NCBI RefSeq assembly: GCF_030144855.1
Contig: NC_082731.1
Location: forward strand, 9,672,001-9,736,000
Length of the DNA: 64,000 nucleotides
Direction of reading: 5' to 3'
DNA from: Hypanus sabinus
Taxonomy: Eukaryota
The notes under the pieces: model-generated
Told to the model about the DNA's origin: nothing
The model's input: the letters and a program-made list of their open reading frames with translations, nothing else
Database searches by the model: none
Part shown: piece by piece, positions 13,701 to 25,725 of the stretch
Layout of the letters: each line of letters starts with the position of its first letter
Numbering within the stretch: position 1 is the first letter of the stretch
Position numbers and translations under genes: made by a program

Positions 13701-16700
13701 AGAAAGTACAAGCACTTCTCTTCCTTCACATAGTGCAATATTAGGCATACTGCTAGTGCCTTCCACAATGAAGATTGATGAAAAAGATTCATTTAATTCA
13801 GCAGCCATTTCTTGCCCTAGAGTTTAATACTTTTCAAACAATGTACAACCTTGTCCAGATGTTGTATGGAGCATCTAGGAGGTCTCAGACACGGATTTTC
13901 CCCATTCCTCATAATAGCTTTAACCCTGTGATGTTGTAATTGATTTTGGCAACATTGTAAAACACACGCCATTTTACTTAGCTCTTCTACTAACTGTATG
14001 TGTTTCCTCTAAAAGAAGTTACAACGTAATGACAATGGTTAGACCGCATATCCCAGCTACTCGAGTCAATGCGGAATATTTTTGAATTTTTGAAAACTTT
14101 CCACACATACATTAACATCGTCTTCGATACGATACTGCAATCTTTCGTGTGAGGAAAATATTTCCTTAAGGCTCCTACCTGATCAGTTCAAGGTACATTC
14201 AAAGCAGCTTTTCGCTCTCCCTCCACCCCCCCCCCCCCCCGCAGAGTCCCTCCACCTCCCGTCTCCTGTCGTGCTCACTTTACTTTTTTTTACAGGATTT
14301 ATCTAACGTCTTTAGCATTTCACATCTACATTAACCATTCATAGGCTACCCGATAGTCTCACATTTCCCTTCCTCTAACGACGTCTGTTTAGTCCATTCC
14401 ACCCACATAATACACTTCGGGACATACCTAATGCTTTCTGGTACAAACATGCACCGAATCCTTAGATGTCCGGAAAAGGGGGATTTTCACCCTACCATTC
14501 ACGCACACACAATCGAGACGCACACGTTTCGGAATTTAACCATATTTTAACCACCGACTTTCCCTTTGCTTCGGGTAGGGCACAACCACGACCACGGCAA
14601 CTTAATGTGGGACAATATCCTGACCGTGGAAGTCTTTTTTTTAACGCTTCGTCGGCGGCTAAAGTGCTAGTTTGACTTGACTATTTCACACCGGAGGAAA
14701 ATGTGCGTTCCAGCAATAGACTCAGCCCTTTGCTTAAATGCAAGCAGTTTAGGATTTAAGACCGTTCGGCCTGCGGGGTTGGCTTACTTTCTCCCATAGA
14801 ATTAGCCGCCTCGGTGGAACCTCCAAGTAACTACTCGCTGATAATAAATTACCGAATATCACTGGGCCTAGGCAGAACACACGCACCCTTACGACTCAAA
14901 TTATATATTTTACTTATACACAAATGGAACAGCATGACCCCTGTCCCCACAGTGACTGAACAGAAAACTGCTACTTTCTATACAGATTGGCTTATAAATT
15001 AACGACATTGACCACTGGGTAAATTGCATATTTTTGAGTTCCTTACGATTGCCAAGTGTGAAAAGCAACAAAGCTGACAACCGATGAAGTTAGTAAAGCA
15101 ACTGTCCCTTAATTGTTGGGTGTATTTTACATCCTTTTGTTATCTCTATCTCGTTTGTCTCCAACACTCCTTACTCCGTAAGGGGACGCTATGTTCCTCT
15201 GATTAAACACTATCACAACCATTCTCACCATCTGTCTGCAATGGCTCATTTGGCCGCCAGTGGTCTCCCTTCTCTCATTTGACTATCCACTGCCGCAGTC
15301 ATCCTTTTCCGGGATTTTGTCTTTTATCCTTACCTCACCGCAATCTCTACAGTACGCTCAGGCCACAATGCGTAATGTGATCGCGCATAAATTTTAAAAA
15401 GCATACACGAGGAAACCTGCAGAGGCTGGAAATTCAACAACACACACAAAATGCAGGTGGAACGCAGAAGGCCAGACAGGAAGAATTCTTCCTTTCGATG
15501 CTGCCTGGCCTGCTGCGTTCCACCAGCATTTTGTGTGTGTTCCCGCATAGATTATTGAGTCTATAATGTTGCTATCATTGAGAATGGTAAAAGAAAGAGT
15601 CTATTATGTTTCTCGGCTGTAAACGATGTCTCCAATCTTCCCTGTTGACCCTTCATCACAGTCGGTACTTATGGAGTGGCCAGATGATATTGCACTCGCA
15701 GTGGGCAGAAAATGCATTACCGCAGCTTGAATGCTGATTGTCTGCTCACATTAGAAGAATAATGTAGCTGTAAATGTATGCACTTCTGGGTTATTTACTT
15801 AATTTGGTAGTTCAATTTTATGTGGAAAGTTTTCGCATTTCTCATGGAAACGTGTTGGCCTTCATCCCGATCAAATACCCGTGAAAGGAGGCCCTGCGCA
15901 GTACATCGCTCTGTTAAAATAGGAACACCCGACGAAGAACACGTACTCCCACCCCGGTAATTGGAGTAACATCCCAATTCTTTTATGTTAGGATCGAAAC
16001 CGTTCATCCTGGAATAAACCCAGGAGAAGCCAAAATCTAATACTGTGGAATGTCAAGCGAGAATTTGCACTGAATCAGTCGATGCCCGAAATCACGAGAA
16101 AAAGTAGATTATCTCGGCAAAACACACAGAATGCTGGAGCAACCCCAGCGGGGCAGGCAGCATCTATGGAAAAGAGTATGGTTAACGTTTCGGTCCGAAC
16201 CCCTTTGGCAGGACTGGAAAATAAAGCCTAGGAGTAGATTCAGAAGGTGGGGGGTAGGGGAGAGAAAAACAGAAGGGGATACGTGAGATCTGAATGGAGA
16301 GGGTTGAAGTAAAGTGTCTGGCTGTTGATAGGTGAAAGAGACAGAAGGCCGTGGAAGAAATAAAGTGGGGAAGGAGAATCAGAGAGAGTCGATGAGGGGG
16401 CAAAGAGATAAGGTGAGAGAGGGAAAAGGGATTGAAAATGGTTAAGGAGAGGAAGGTTGGAGGGCATTACTGGAAGTTCGAGTGATCGACGTTCATGCTA
16501 TCGGGTTGGAGGCTACCAAAATGGAATATCAGGTGTTGTTCCTTCAACCTAAGTGTGACCTCACCACGACAGTGCAGGAGGCCATGGATAGACTACTTTT
16601 TACCACTGGAAATTCTCGTCTCAATTTCTCATGCCATCGAATAAGTTTTCATATAGCCTTTACTATTCAGTGATATTGATAAAATTAAAACAAATGCTAA

Positions 16701-17049
16701 TTAGACCTGGACGTTGAATACAGGAAATAAATAACTGATTTAACTCAGCCAACCAGTGCTCTTTGAGGCTGACGATCAATCTTTTGTAGAATGTGAAATG
16801 TTCCAAAAGAACAGAAACTATTATCAGAATAATTAATTTTATTTATGACAGAAGGGTTTTAATGATTCAGCCTTAGCAATAACGATTGTAAAAATTAATT
16901 TGTTCACATCACTTTCGAAATAATCTTCCCAACAAATATTTGAAATCAATTCAAGTGCATTAAATGCATTGTAACTTTATCTAAAATAAAATTAGGAGCA
17001 GCAATCCGACGTTCAGTTATGCAAATAGTTGATTTCGATACGCTTCGTC

Positions 17050-19340
17050 ATATTGAATTGAATTGATTTCATTTCTTACATCCTTCACATACATGAGGAG
17101 TAAAAATCTCTACGTTACGTCTCTGTCTAAATGTGCTATTTGCTATCATATTAATTCATAATAATTTATAATAAATATACCAGTCAATGGAATATAGAGT
17201 ACACTCAAATCAGCGTGAGTTCATCAATCTGATGGCCTAGTGGAAGAAGCTGTCCCGGAACCTGTTGGTCCTGTCTTTTATGCTCGGTACTGCTTCCCGG
17301 ATGGCAGCAGATGCAATTGATTGTGGTTGGGATGGGTCAGGTCCCCAATGATCCTACGGACTCTTTTTACAAAACTGTCCTTGTAAATGTCATGGGATCA
17401 TGGGAAGTTCATAACTACAGGTGCGTTGGGCTGTCGGTACGACTCTCTGCAGAGTCCTGCGATTAAGGGAGGTACAGTTCAAATACCATGCAGTGACTCA
17501 GCTGATCAGGGTGTTCTCAACTGTATCCCTGTAAAGAGTTCTTACGATTTGGACACCCATAGCAAACTTCCTCAACCATCTGAGGTGAAAGAGGCGCTGT
17601 TGTGCCTTTTCACAACACAGCTGGTGTGTACAAATCACGTGAGGTCCTCGGTGATTATTTATTATTTGAAGACATTAGTCAAATGTCTTTTATTGAATCA
17701 AAATCTATTTATTGAATCAATTGTGCTGGGCTGTGCTGAACCGTTCCATACTGCATGTTCTATGCTTCTTGTGCTACGCAGAATCGGAATCAATTGGTAC
17801 CGAAACTCATCAGGCGATATTAAAATGAACTAGGACGAAGGAGAAGTTTTTAAAGGATAACAGGAATGTTAAGAGACCGGAACATTTGCCAGAGGAATTC
17901 GAGGTCCTCGATAATTCAAAGCTAATTGTAACGTGATAAAATACGATAATAGGGGAGAATGAGGGAACTGAGCTTGGTTGGGATGTTGACAGAGACAGAT
18001 TACAGAGATCAGAGGGGTAAGACCAGACAAATTGGAGAAAGACGTGAACTTCAAAACTGCTTAATTGGGATCCAAGTAAAGGATACATAATAATAGAAAT
18101 ATTCAGCACTGAGAAAGATGAGCTTAAAGGTGAGGCGTGCTGATTTCTTGGTTGTCGAAGGTACCTGATAGGAACAAACACGATGTTTGTGTTTCAACAA
18201 TGCCACCAGAAGGAATAATAAGCATCCGTCGTCCTTTCAACGACAGATACACCGACACAGAAAATTGCACTTGTTAACAATGTGGGAATTAATGTCGTAG
18301 AATCATACAGTATAGAAATAGATTATTCAACCCAGCATGTTCACTATGACCAGTGAGCAGCCACTGGTATTAACCCAACCTTTCAGCACTCGGCTCAAAG
18401 CCACAAACGTGATTCCTGTGCTCCCCCGATTCATTTCAAATGATGTTGATGACTATGTTTCACTCTTCTTTTTCAGCACCGTATGATTTTTGAGGGATTA
18501 ATAGTAATCTACAAAGAATCACTTGATTATGCAATGGTTTAGGGGGAACTGGAAAATTGCAAAGGTCACTCCGCTCTTTTAAAAGGGAAGGAGGCAAAAG
18601 ACAAGAAATTACAGGCCAGGTATACAACCTTCAGTGCTGTGGCCCATTACTAAGGGTGAAGTTTCGGGGTACTTGGAGGCACATGATAAAATAAAAAGAC
18701 TTCCCGAAGGCACAGTCTTGCCTAACAAATCTGTTGCAATGTTTTAGGGAAAAAAATGCAGGACAGACCAAAACGAGTTAGTGGATGTTGTTTACTTGGA
18801 TTTTTAGTAGGCCCGTTGACGGTAGAAAGCTAGTACAGGAGTAGGAAATGTTGATGAAGGAGCAAGTCCACGGAAAGACTGAGACAGATTAGAAGAATGG
18901 CCAAAAATGGCAGATGGAATATAGTGTAGGGAAGTCTAAGGTAATGCACTTTGGTCAGAGGAATAAAGGCGGGGACTATTTTCCACTCGGAGAGAATTAT
19001 CCCGCTCAACCCCATTCTCCTGCCTTCTCCGGATAAACATTGAATCTATTACTAAATCAAGAACTTATCAACCTGCACTGGAGTATTGTGAGCAATTTTG
19101 CACCATTATCTAAGAAAAAATATGCTGACGTTTGAGAGGATCCGGAAGTGGATCACGAGAATGATCCCGAATTTAAGTGGTTTCGTAGGATATGCATCTG
19201 ATGGCTCTGGGTCTTAACTCGCTAGAGTTCAGAATAATCAGGCGAGATCTCATTTAAGCATATTGAATATTGAATGACCGTAGATCGAGCGGAGGTGGGG
19301 AAGGTGCTTCCTACAGTGGATAAGTTCGAACAGAGGACAA
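17050..19340. mobile_element. Mixed LINE debris: Rex1-like 3' piece (-, about 17050-17660) and CR1 pieces (+, about 17830-19340)
   Basis: Recognisable 3' tails and degenerate RT motifs; no long ORF. Confidence 0.55.
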
Positions 19341-20324
19341 AGCCTCAGAATACAAAGAACCCACGGAACTCATATCTGCATACCTCGTCTCTATTTTGCC
19401 CACTTGGTTCATTCATAACTCCCTAACAATAACTCTAGCTTCCTACATCCGTAACACTTCACATGTTCTCCATCGCTTCTGCAAATTTCGGTTTCATAAT
19501 CGCCTTATTTTCACTATGGACATCCAGTTCATATCCTTATCTATCCCTCATTGTGAAGACACTTTGAAGCTGCAAGTGACTGCCTGCTACCCTGGCATTT
19601 TTGATACAAATTTGAGTTCATTGCTCCCTGAATGATTGCAAGCTACCCAGGTCCTGAGAAAGCAAAACAGCCCCAAATCATGGTTCACAGTTGGGGTGTT
19701 GTTTTGGTATTGGCGTGCAGTGCCCTTTTCTCTCCAAACATAGCAATATGCATTTCTGCCAAAAAGATCAACTTTTGTCCCATCTGTCCAAAGGCCATTG
19801 TCCCAGAAGCGATGTTCAAAATCCAGGTGGTCTTTTGCAAACTTCAGACGTGCAGCAATGTGTTTTTTTTGGATAGCAGCTGTTTCTGTTATGGTGTCCT
19901 TCCGAGAACGTCAATCTTGTTCATTGTTTTCTTATAGTGGACACATGTACAAAGACTTTAGCAAGTTCAAGAGATTTCTACAGGTCTTGAACTGTTATCA
20001 TCGGGTTCCTTTTCACCTCCCTCAGCCTTGCACAATGTGCTGTTGTTGTGAACTTTGCAGGATACACATTCCAAGCTAGAGTAGCATCAGTACTTCCTTC
20101 AGTATGTCTTTCTGTGGAATGATGAACACTCATGTCTTCAGAAATGCTTTAGGGGGTGGAGTTTCAAGATGGCGACGTAAGCATCTGCCTTTTAGGCGCT
20201 CTTTATTTTTTCAACTATAATCACCCTTTAATTAGATCTTTTCGAACTTAATCATATGAGTTGCTACCTTTGATTGACCCTTTTTTCCTAAAATAATATT
20301 TGATCTAATCTTGTCAAACCTAAA

Positions 20325-21197
20325 ATGGCTACAAGTAAGAAATCGGCTAAGGATCCTGTATCCATCGACGCAATTTCTGCTCTTTTGGACACTAAACTGG
20401 ATGCTAAACTGGATACTAAACTGGCGGGTCTGGAAGGCAGACTAGAAGGTAAATTGGACAGTAAACTGTTAAATTTGGAAAGGAGGATTACTTCGAAAAT
20501 ATCCGATCTTGAAGGAGTTGTTAAATCGCTTGAAACTAAGTTTCAGTCGCAGGCGTTAGTGGTTCAGCAGCTTGGAAATAAGATCACGACTCTTGAACAA
20601 TCAATTTGTGAAAAAGCACGTACAATTGAAGTGTTAGAGAAGAAGATAGAGTCGACTGCTAAAACTTTAGATCAGTATAAGTTTAAAATTACTGATCTTG
20701 AAAATCGTTCTCGCAGACAGAATTTGCGCATCATCGGAATTCCCGAAAATGTTGAGTTCGGTGATTTAACTGAATTTTTCTCTAAATTACTGTGGGAAAT
20801 TTTCGGTGGTGAAGGTTTGAAAAATGAACCTGTTATCGACCGCGCTCATAGAGTTGCGAGGTTTTCGTCTGTGCCTGATAAACCACGAGCGGTGATTGTT
20901 CGCCTTCATTATCCTCGTGAGAAAGAGCTTCTAATTCGGTTAGCTCGTAAAAAAGGTATGATCTCCTACAAAAATTACTCATTTCGAATTGTTGAGGACT
21001 ATTCCTATGAAGCAATGAAAGCCAGGATCGCTTTTAAACCAGTGATGGCAGAGATTCATTCGATTGGATTTAAACAAGCTTTAATGTATCCAGCGAAGCT
21101 TAGAATTGTGCTGCCCGACAACAGTCTACACTTTTTTAACACTCCTGAAGAAGCGAAGAAATTTGTTGAAGAATATCGATCCTCTAGTGCAACTTGA
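20325..21197 (+). CDS. L1 ORF1p (coiled coil plus RRM/CTD RNA-binding protein), intact, 290 aa
   Basis: DLENRSRRQNLRIIGIPE...IDRAHRV...KPRAVIVRL...YPAKLRI motifs. Confidence 0.92.
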   Translation: MATSKKSAKDPVSIDAISALLDTKLDAKLDTKLAGLEGRLEGKLDSKLLNLERRITSKISDLEGVVKSLETKFQSQALVVQQLGNKITTLEQSICEKARTIEVLEKKIESTAKTLDQYKFKITDLENRSRRQNLRIIGIPENVEFGDLTEFFSKLLWEIFGGEGLKNEPVIDRAHRVARFSSVPDKPRAVIVRLHYPREKELLIRLARKKGMISYKNYSFRIVEDYSYEAMKARIAFKPVMAEIHSIGFKQALMYPAKLRIVLPDNSLHFFNTPEEAKKFVEEYRSSSAT

Positions 21198-22189
21198 ACT
21201 ATGAGTTACATTGAAGATTTTTTTTTGGAGAGAGGATGCCATTTCATTTTAAGTTTTAACCCTGGAAGTTGGGTTATAACTTTTTATTTTGGGCTATAGG
21301 TCTGGGGTTTTTTTTTACTACTATTATTATTGCTTATAGATGCTGTTTTAATTTTTATATTATCCTTTTTTATACACGTTTGTATTTTGTAATCAAGAAT
21401 TGTTTTTTCAAAATGTCGTTTCTTCTTCCCATAAGTCTTTACTTTTTATAAGCGTTTATTTGCTTGCCTGTATTTAGAAATGGAACAAAGGTTTTGAATT
21501 CTTTTTTTTAGTCTTTTTTTTATATATGTTATAGTGTCTATTAAATCTTTTTTTTAAAAAAAAAATTCTATTTTGATAACTTTTTTGATTGCTGAATTTA
21601 TATTCATATTTTGTAATATGGCTTTCTCAAAATGTCGTTTCTTCTTCCCATAAGTCTTGGCTTGTGAAACGTCATCTTTGTATCTGAATATGGAATTTCT
21701 TTTTTAAAGGTGTATTACATTTTTAAACTTTAATGTTCATTTTTTTTATTAATGATTTTTCTGGTTTTACTATTTTGGTTTTTTTTCTTGATTTGACTGA
21801 TGTGTGTGTGTATGTGTATGTATGTATATATATGTAGGTATATATATATATATTTTTTTTTGCAACTCTATATTTTAATTAGGGTGTTATATAGTTTTTT
21901 CTTAAAAAAATTTTCTTATGGAGCTGCCATCTTGAAATGGGGGTAATTTTAGTATTAGTTTATGCGCCTGCCGCTTGGCTTTCTTTCAAAGGGTGGGGGG
22001 AGGGGGGAGGGATCTTTTTTCACGCTTTTGCTTTTTATTTTTTTGCTTTTAGTTTATGGGCTGACTTTAAATTGTTAATATTGTTGAGGTGTCAGGATCT
22101 CCGGTTGCTCCTGAATCAATTTTCCTTCTTCCTAAATTGTGGGTTATGTGTCTTTTTAACCTTTTATGATACACACAATTAATATTGGT

Positions 22190-25100
22190 ATGATGGATAA
22201 ATCTATTAACTTTATCTCGTGGAATACTAATGGTTTAAATCATCCGATTAAACGTAAAAAAATATTTAAAGTATTCCATAGATTGAACGCTAATATTATT
22301 TTTGCACAGGAGACCCATATTAGGAGGGAGGATAATCAACATTTTTTTAGGTTCTGGAAAGGTCAACAATTTCACTCAAATTGTACCGCTAAAATTAGGG
22401 GTGTGTCTATTTTTATAGACGCCTCTATTTCGTTTACACATAATGAAATTATTTCGGATCCACAGGGTAGATTTTTGTTGATAACTGGTTCACTTTTTAA
22501 TCGGAAAGTTGTTTTAGTTAATATTTATGCTCCAAACTTTGATTGTCCTGAATTTTTTAAGCGTTTATTTACTTCTCTTCCTAACTTGAATGAATATATG
22601 TTGATTATGGGTGGAGACTTTAATTGTTGTTTGAATCCTTCGATGGATAGATCTAAACCTATTCGAACTCTTCCGAATAGATCAGCTTTACTTATTAATT
22701 CTTTTATGGTTGATTCTGGAATTACTGAAATATGGCGGTTTTTGAACCCTAAAGATAAAGAATTTTCATTTTTTTCACAAGTTTATCATAGTTATTCTAG
22801 AATTGATTATTTCCTTATTGATCATCGTTTATTAACAGATGTTATTGATTGTAAATACGATTCTATTGCTATTTCGGATCATGCGCCTTTGAAGTTATCT
22901 ATCAAGATTCCGGACTCTTCTTTCAATACTAGATCTTGGAGACTGAATGCTACTTTGCTTCAAGATCCAGAATTTATTACCTTTATAAAACAACAAATTG
23001 ACTTATTTTTTTCAACAAACTATAATGAAGAGATTGATAAAGGAATACTTTGGGACTCTTTCAAGGCTTTTATTCGTGGACAAATTATTTCATATTCCGC
23101 TGGTAAAAGAAAACAAAGATATTCAGATATAGCTTTATTGGTGGATAAAATTAAAGAAATTGATAACACTTTTCAAGATTTTTATAAATCTTTATATCAA
23201 TCAGAATTTGACGGTGACCGGTTTACGATGGATAATTTTTTTAATAACGTGAATATTCCTAAACTGATAGATGAAGATTGTAGCTTGCTTGATGCTCCTA
23301 TTTCTATGGATGAAATAAGAGAGGTTATCTCATCAATGAATTCAGGGAAAGCTCCTGGTTCCGATGGTTTTATTGTAGAATTTTTTAAAACTTTTTCTTT
23401 ATTGCTTTCTCCTTGGCTATGTGATATCTTTAATGATGCGTTTGTTAAGAAGAGACTACCTCAATCGTTTTATGAAGCTACTATCTCTCTAATTCTTAAA
23501 AAAGATAAAGATCCTACTTTATGTGCATCTTATCGCCCTATTTCATTATTAAATATAGACTCTAAGATTCTTACAAAAATTTTAGCCATTAGATTAGAAA
23601 AGGTATTACCACAGATTATTTCAGAAGATCAAACTGGTTTTATTAGGAATCGGTATTCCTTTTTTAATATTAGAAAACTGATTAATATAATTTATACTTC
23701 ATCACCTACAACCCCAGAATGTGTTATCTCATTAGATGCTGAAAAAGCCTTTGATAGAGTGGAATGGACATACTTATTTAATGCATTGAGAAATTTTAAT
23801 TTTAGTCCTAATTTTATATCATGGATTAAATTAATATATTATAAACTTGTTGCTTCTGTTCTTACAAATAATTATAGATCCTCTTTTTTTCAATTATCTC
23901 GTGGTACGAGACAAGGTTGTCCTTTAAGTCCTTTATTATTTAATTATTATTAGAACCTTTAGCTATTGCTATTCGTGAGTCTCCTAATATTTTTGGTATT
24001 ACCCGTAATGAGAAGTTATACAAATTATCGCTTTATGCTGATGATTTGTTGTTATATATTTCTAATCCTAGTCGGTCTATTCCTGCTATTTTATCCTTGT
24101 TGGCTCAATTTGGTAGCTTTTCTGGTTATAAGCTAAACTTAGATAAGAGTGAGTTATTCCCTTTAAACGCGCAAACCTTATTGAGTGATAGGATGCCATT
24201 TAAAGTTGTTACTGATAACTTTATCTATTTAGGTATAAAAATCACCAAGAAATATAAAGATTTATTTGGACTGAATTTTTTACCTATGCTTCATCAAATT
24301 CAACAACTTACTACAAGATGGTCTCCCTTATTTTTATCATTAGTTGGTCGGATTAATGCTATTAAAATGATGATTTTACCGAAATTTTTATATTTATTCC
24401 AAGCTTTCCCAATTTTTATTCCTAAATCTTTTTTTGATAATATTGATTCAAAAATTTCCTCATTTGTGTGGCAAAATAAAAATCCTAGGTTAAGCAAACG
24501 GCAATTACAAAAGTCTAAAAAAGATGGTGGTCTAGCTTTACCTAACTTTAGATTTTATTATTGGGCGAATAATATTCGTAACCTAATGTACTGGAAACTA
24601 GATTTGGATTCACCTGTGTGCCCACAGTGGGTAAATTTGGAACGTAGTGAGGTTAAGGGATATTCTATATTTTCCGTTCTTGGTTCTTTTCTTCCTAATG
24701 ATTTAGCCAAATTCAATAAACAGATATCTAACCCTGTTGTTAAACATACACTACGAATTTGGTTTCAATTTCGCAAATTCTTTAATCTGAAAAACTTTGC
24801 TTTGGACAGCCCTATTTTATGTAATTTTTTTTTCAAACCTTCATTGACAGATCAAGCTTTTAGTATATGGAAAAGGAAAGGTATAAAATGTTTTCGTGAT
24901 CTTTTTTTTGAAGGTATTTTGATGTCTTTTGATCAACTATCCAACAAATTTGAATTACCTAAATCTAATTTTTTTAGATACTTACAAATTAGAAATTTCT
25001 TACATAAAATTCTTCCGTCTTTTCCTAATTCAACTCCATCGGATTTTTCAGATTTGATTTTTACTTTTAATCCTTGTCAGAAGGGATTAGTAGCTTTTAT

Positions 25101-25725
25101 TTATAACATGATTATGAAGATACAGCCAGAAATATCGGATAGAATTAGACAAGAATGGGAAAAAGAACTTCGATGTAATATATCAACAGATAAATGGGAA
25201 AAAATTTTACAAATGGTTAATTCCTCTTCTATTTGTGCTAAACATGCTTTAATACAATTTAAAATTGTACATAGAGCTTATATGTCTAAAGATAAGCTTG
25301 CCCGATTTTACTCGCATATTAATCCTCAATGTGACAGATGTCACTTAGAAGTGGCTTCATTGACTCACATGTTTTGGACATGTCCCACTTTACATAACTA
25401 TTGGAAGGACATTTTTGATGTCATTTCCTCAGTATGGAATATCGATTTACAACCCCATTTTATTACTGCAATTTTCGGTATACCAAATGAAGATGGCAAT
25501 CAGCTTTCCCCTTCAATCAGACGAATGATTGCCTTTGTAACATTAATTGCCAGAAGGTCTATATTACAAAACTGGAAAGAAGTAAATCCTCCTACTACAT
25601 TTCAGTGGTTCTCCCAAACTATTTCTTATTTGAGTTTGGAAAAAATCAGAAGCACTATCTTTGATTCTTCAAATAAATTTGAAGAAACCTGGGGACCATT
25701 TATTCGACATTTTCATATGAATTAA
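22190..25725 (+). pseudogene. L1 ORF2p (APE endonuclease, RT, C-terminal Cys/His motif) broken by a 1-nt frameshift near 23945-23950
   Basis: SWNTNGL, QETH, GGDFN, YSRIDY, SDHAP (EN); SLDAEKAFDRV, GTRQGCPLSPLLF, LYADDLL (RT, frame shifts just after LLFN); CDRC...LTHMFWTC near the C-terminus. Confidence 0.92.

Noticed and set aside
15795-16007. Minus-strand ORF preceded by a plausible acceptor (TTTATTCCAG)
   Set aside because: No recognisable domain, no partner exons, and it abuts a repeat.
17019-17026. Other octamer matches (17019; 38028 inside the transposon)
   Set aside because: No TATA, leader or V nearby; expected by chance in AT-rich DNA.
17750-17833. IGINWYRNS peptide resembling an Ig V WYR motif
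   Set aside because: No flanking Cys framework or RSS; it is the end of a repeat-derived ORF.
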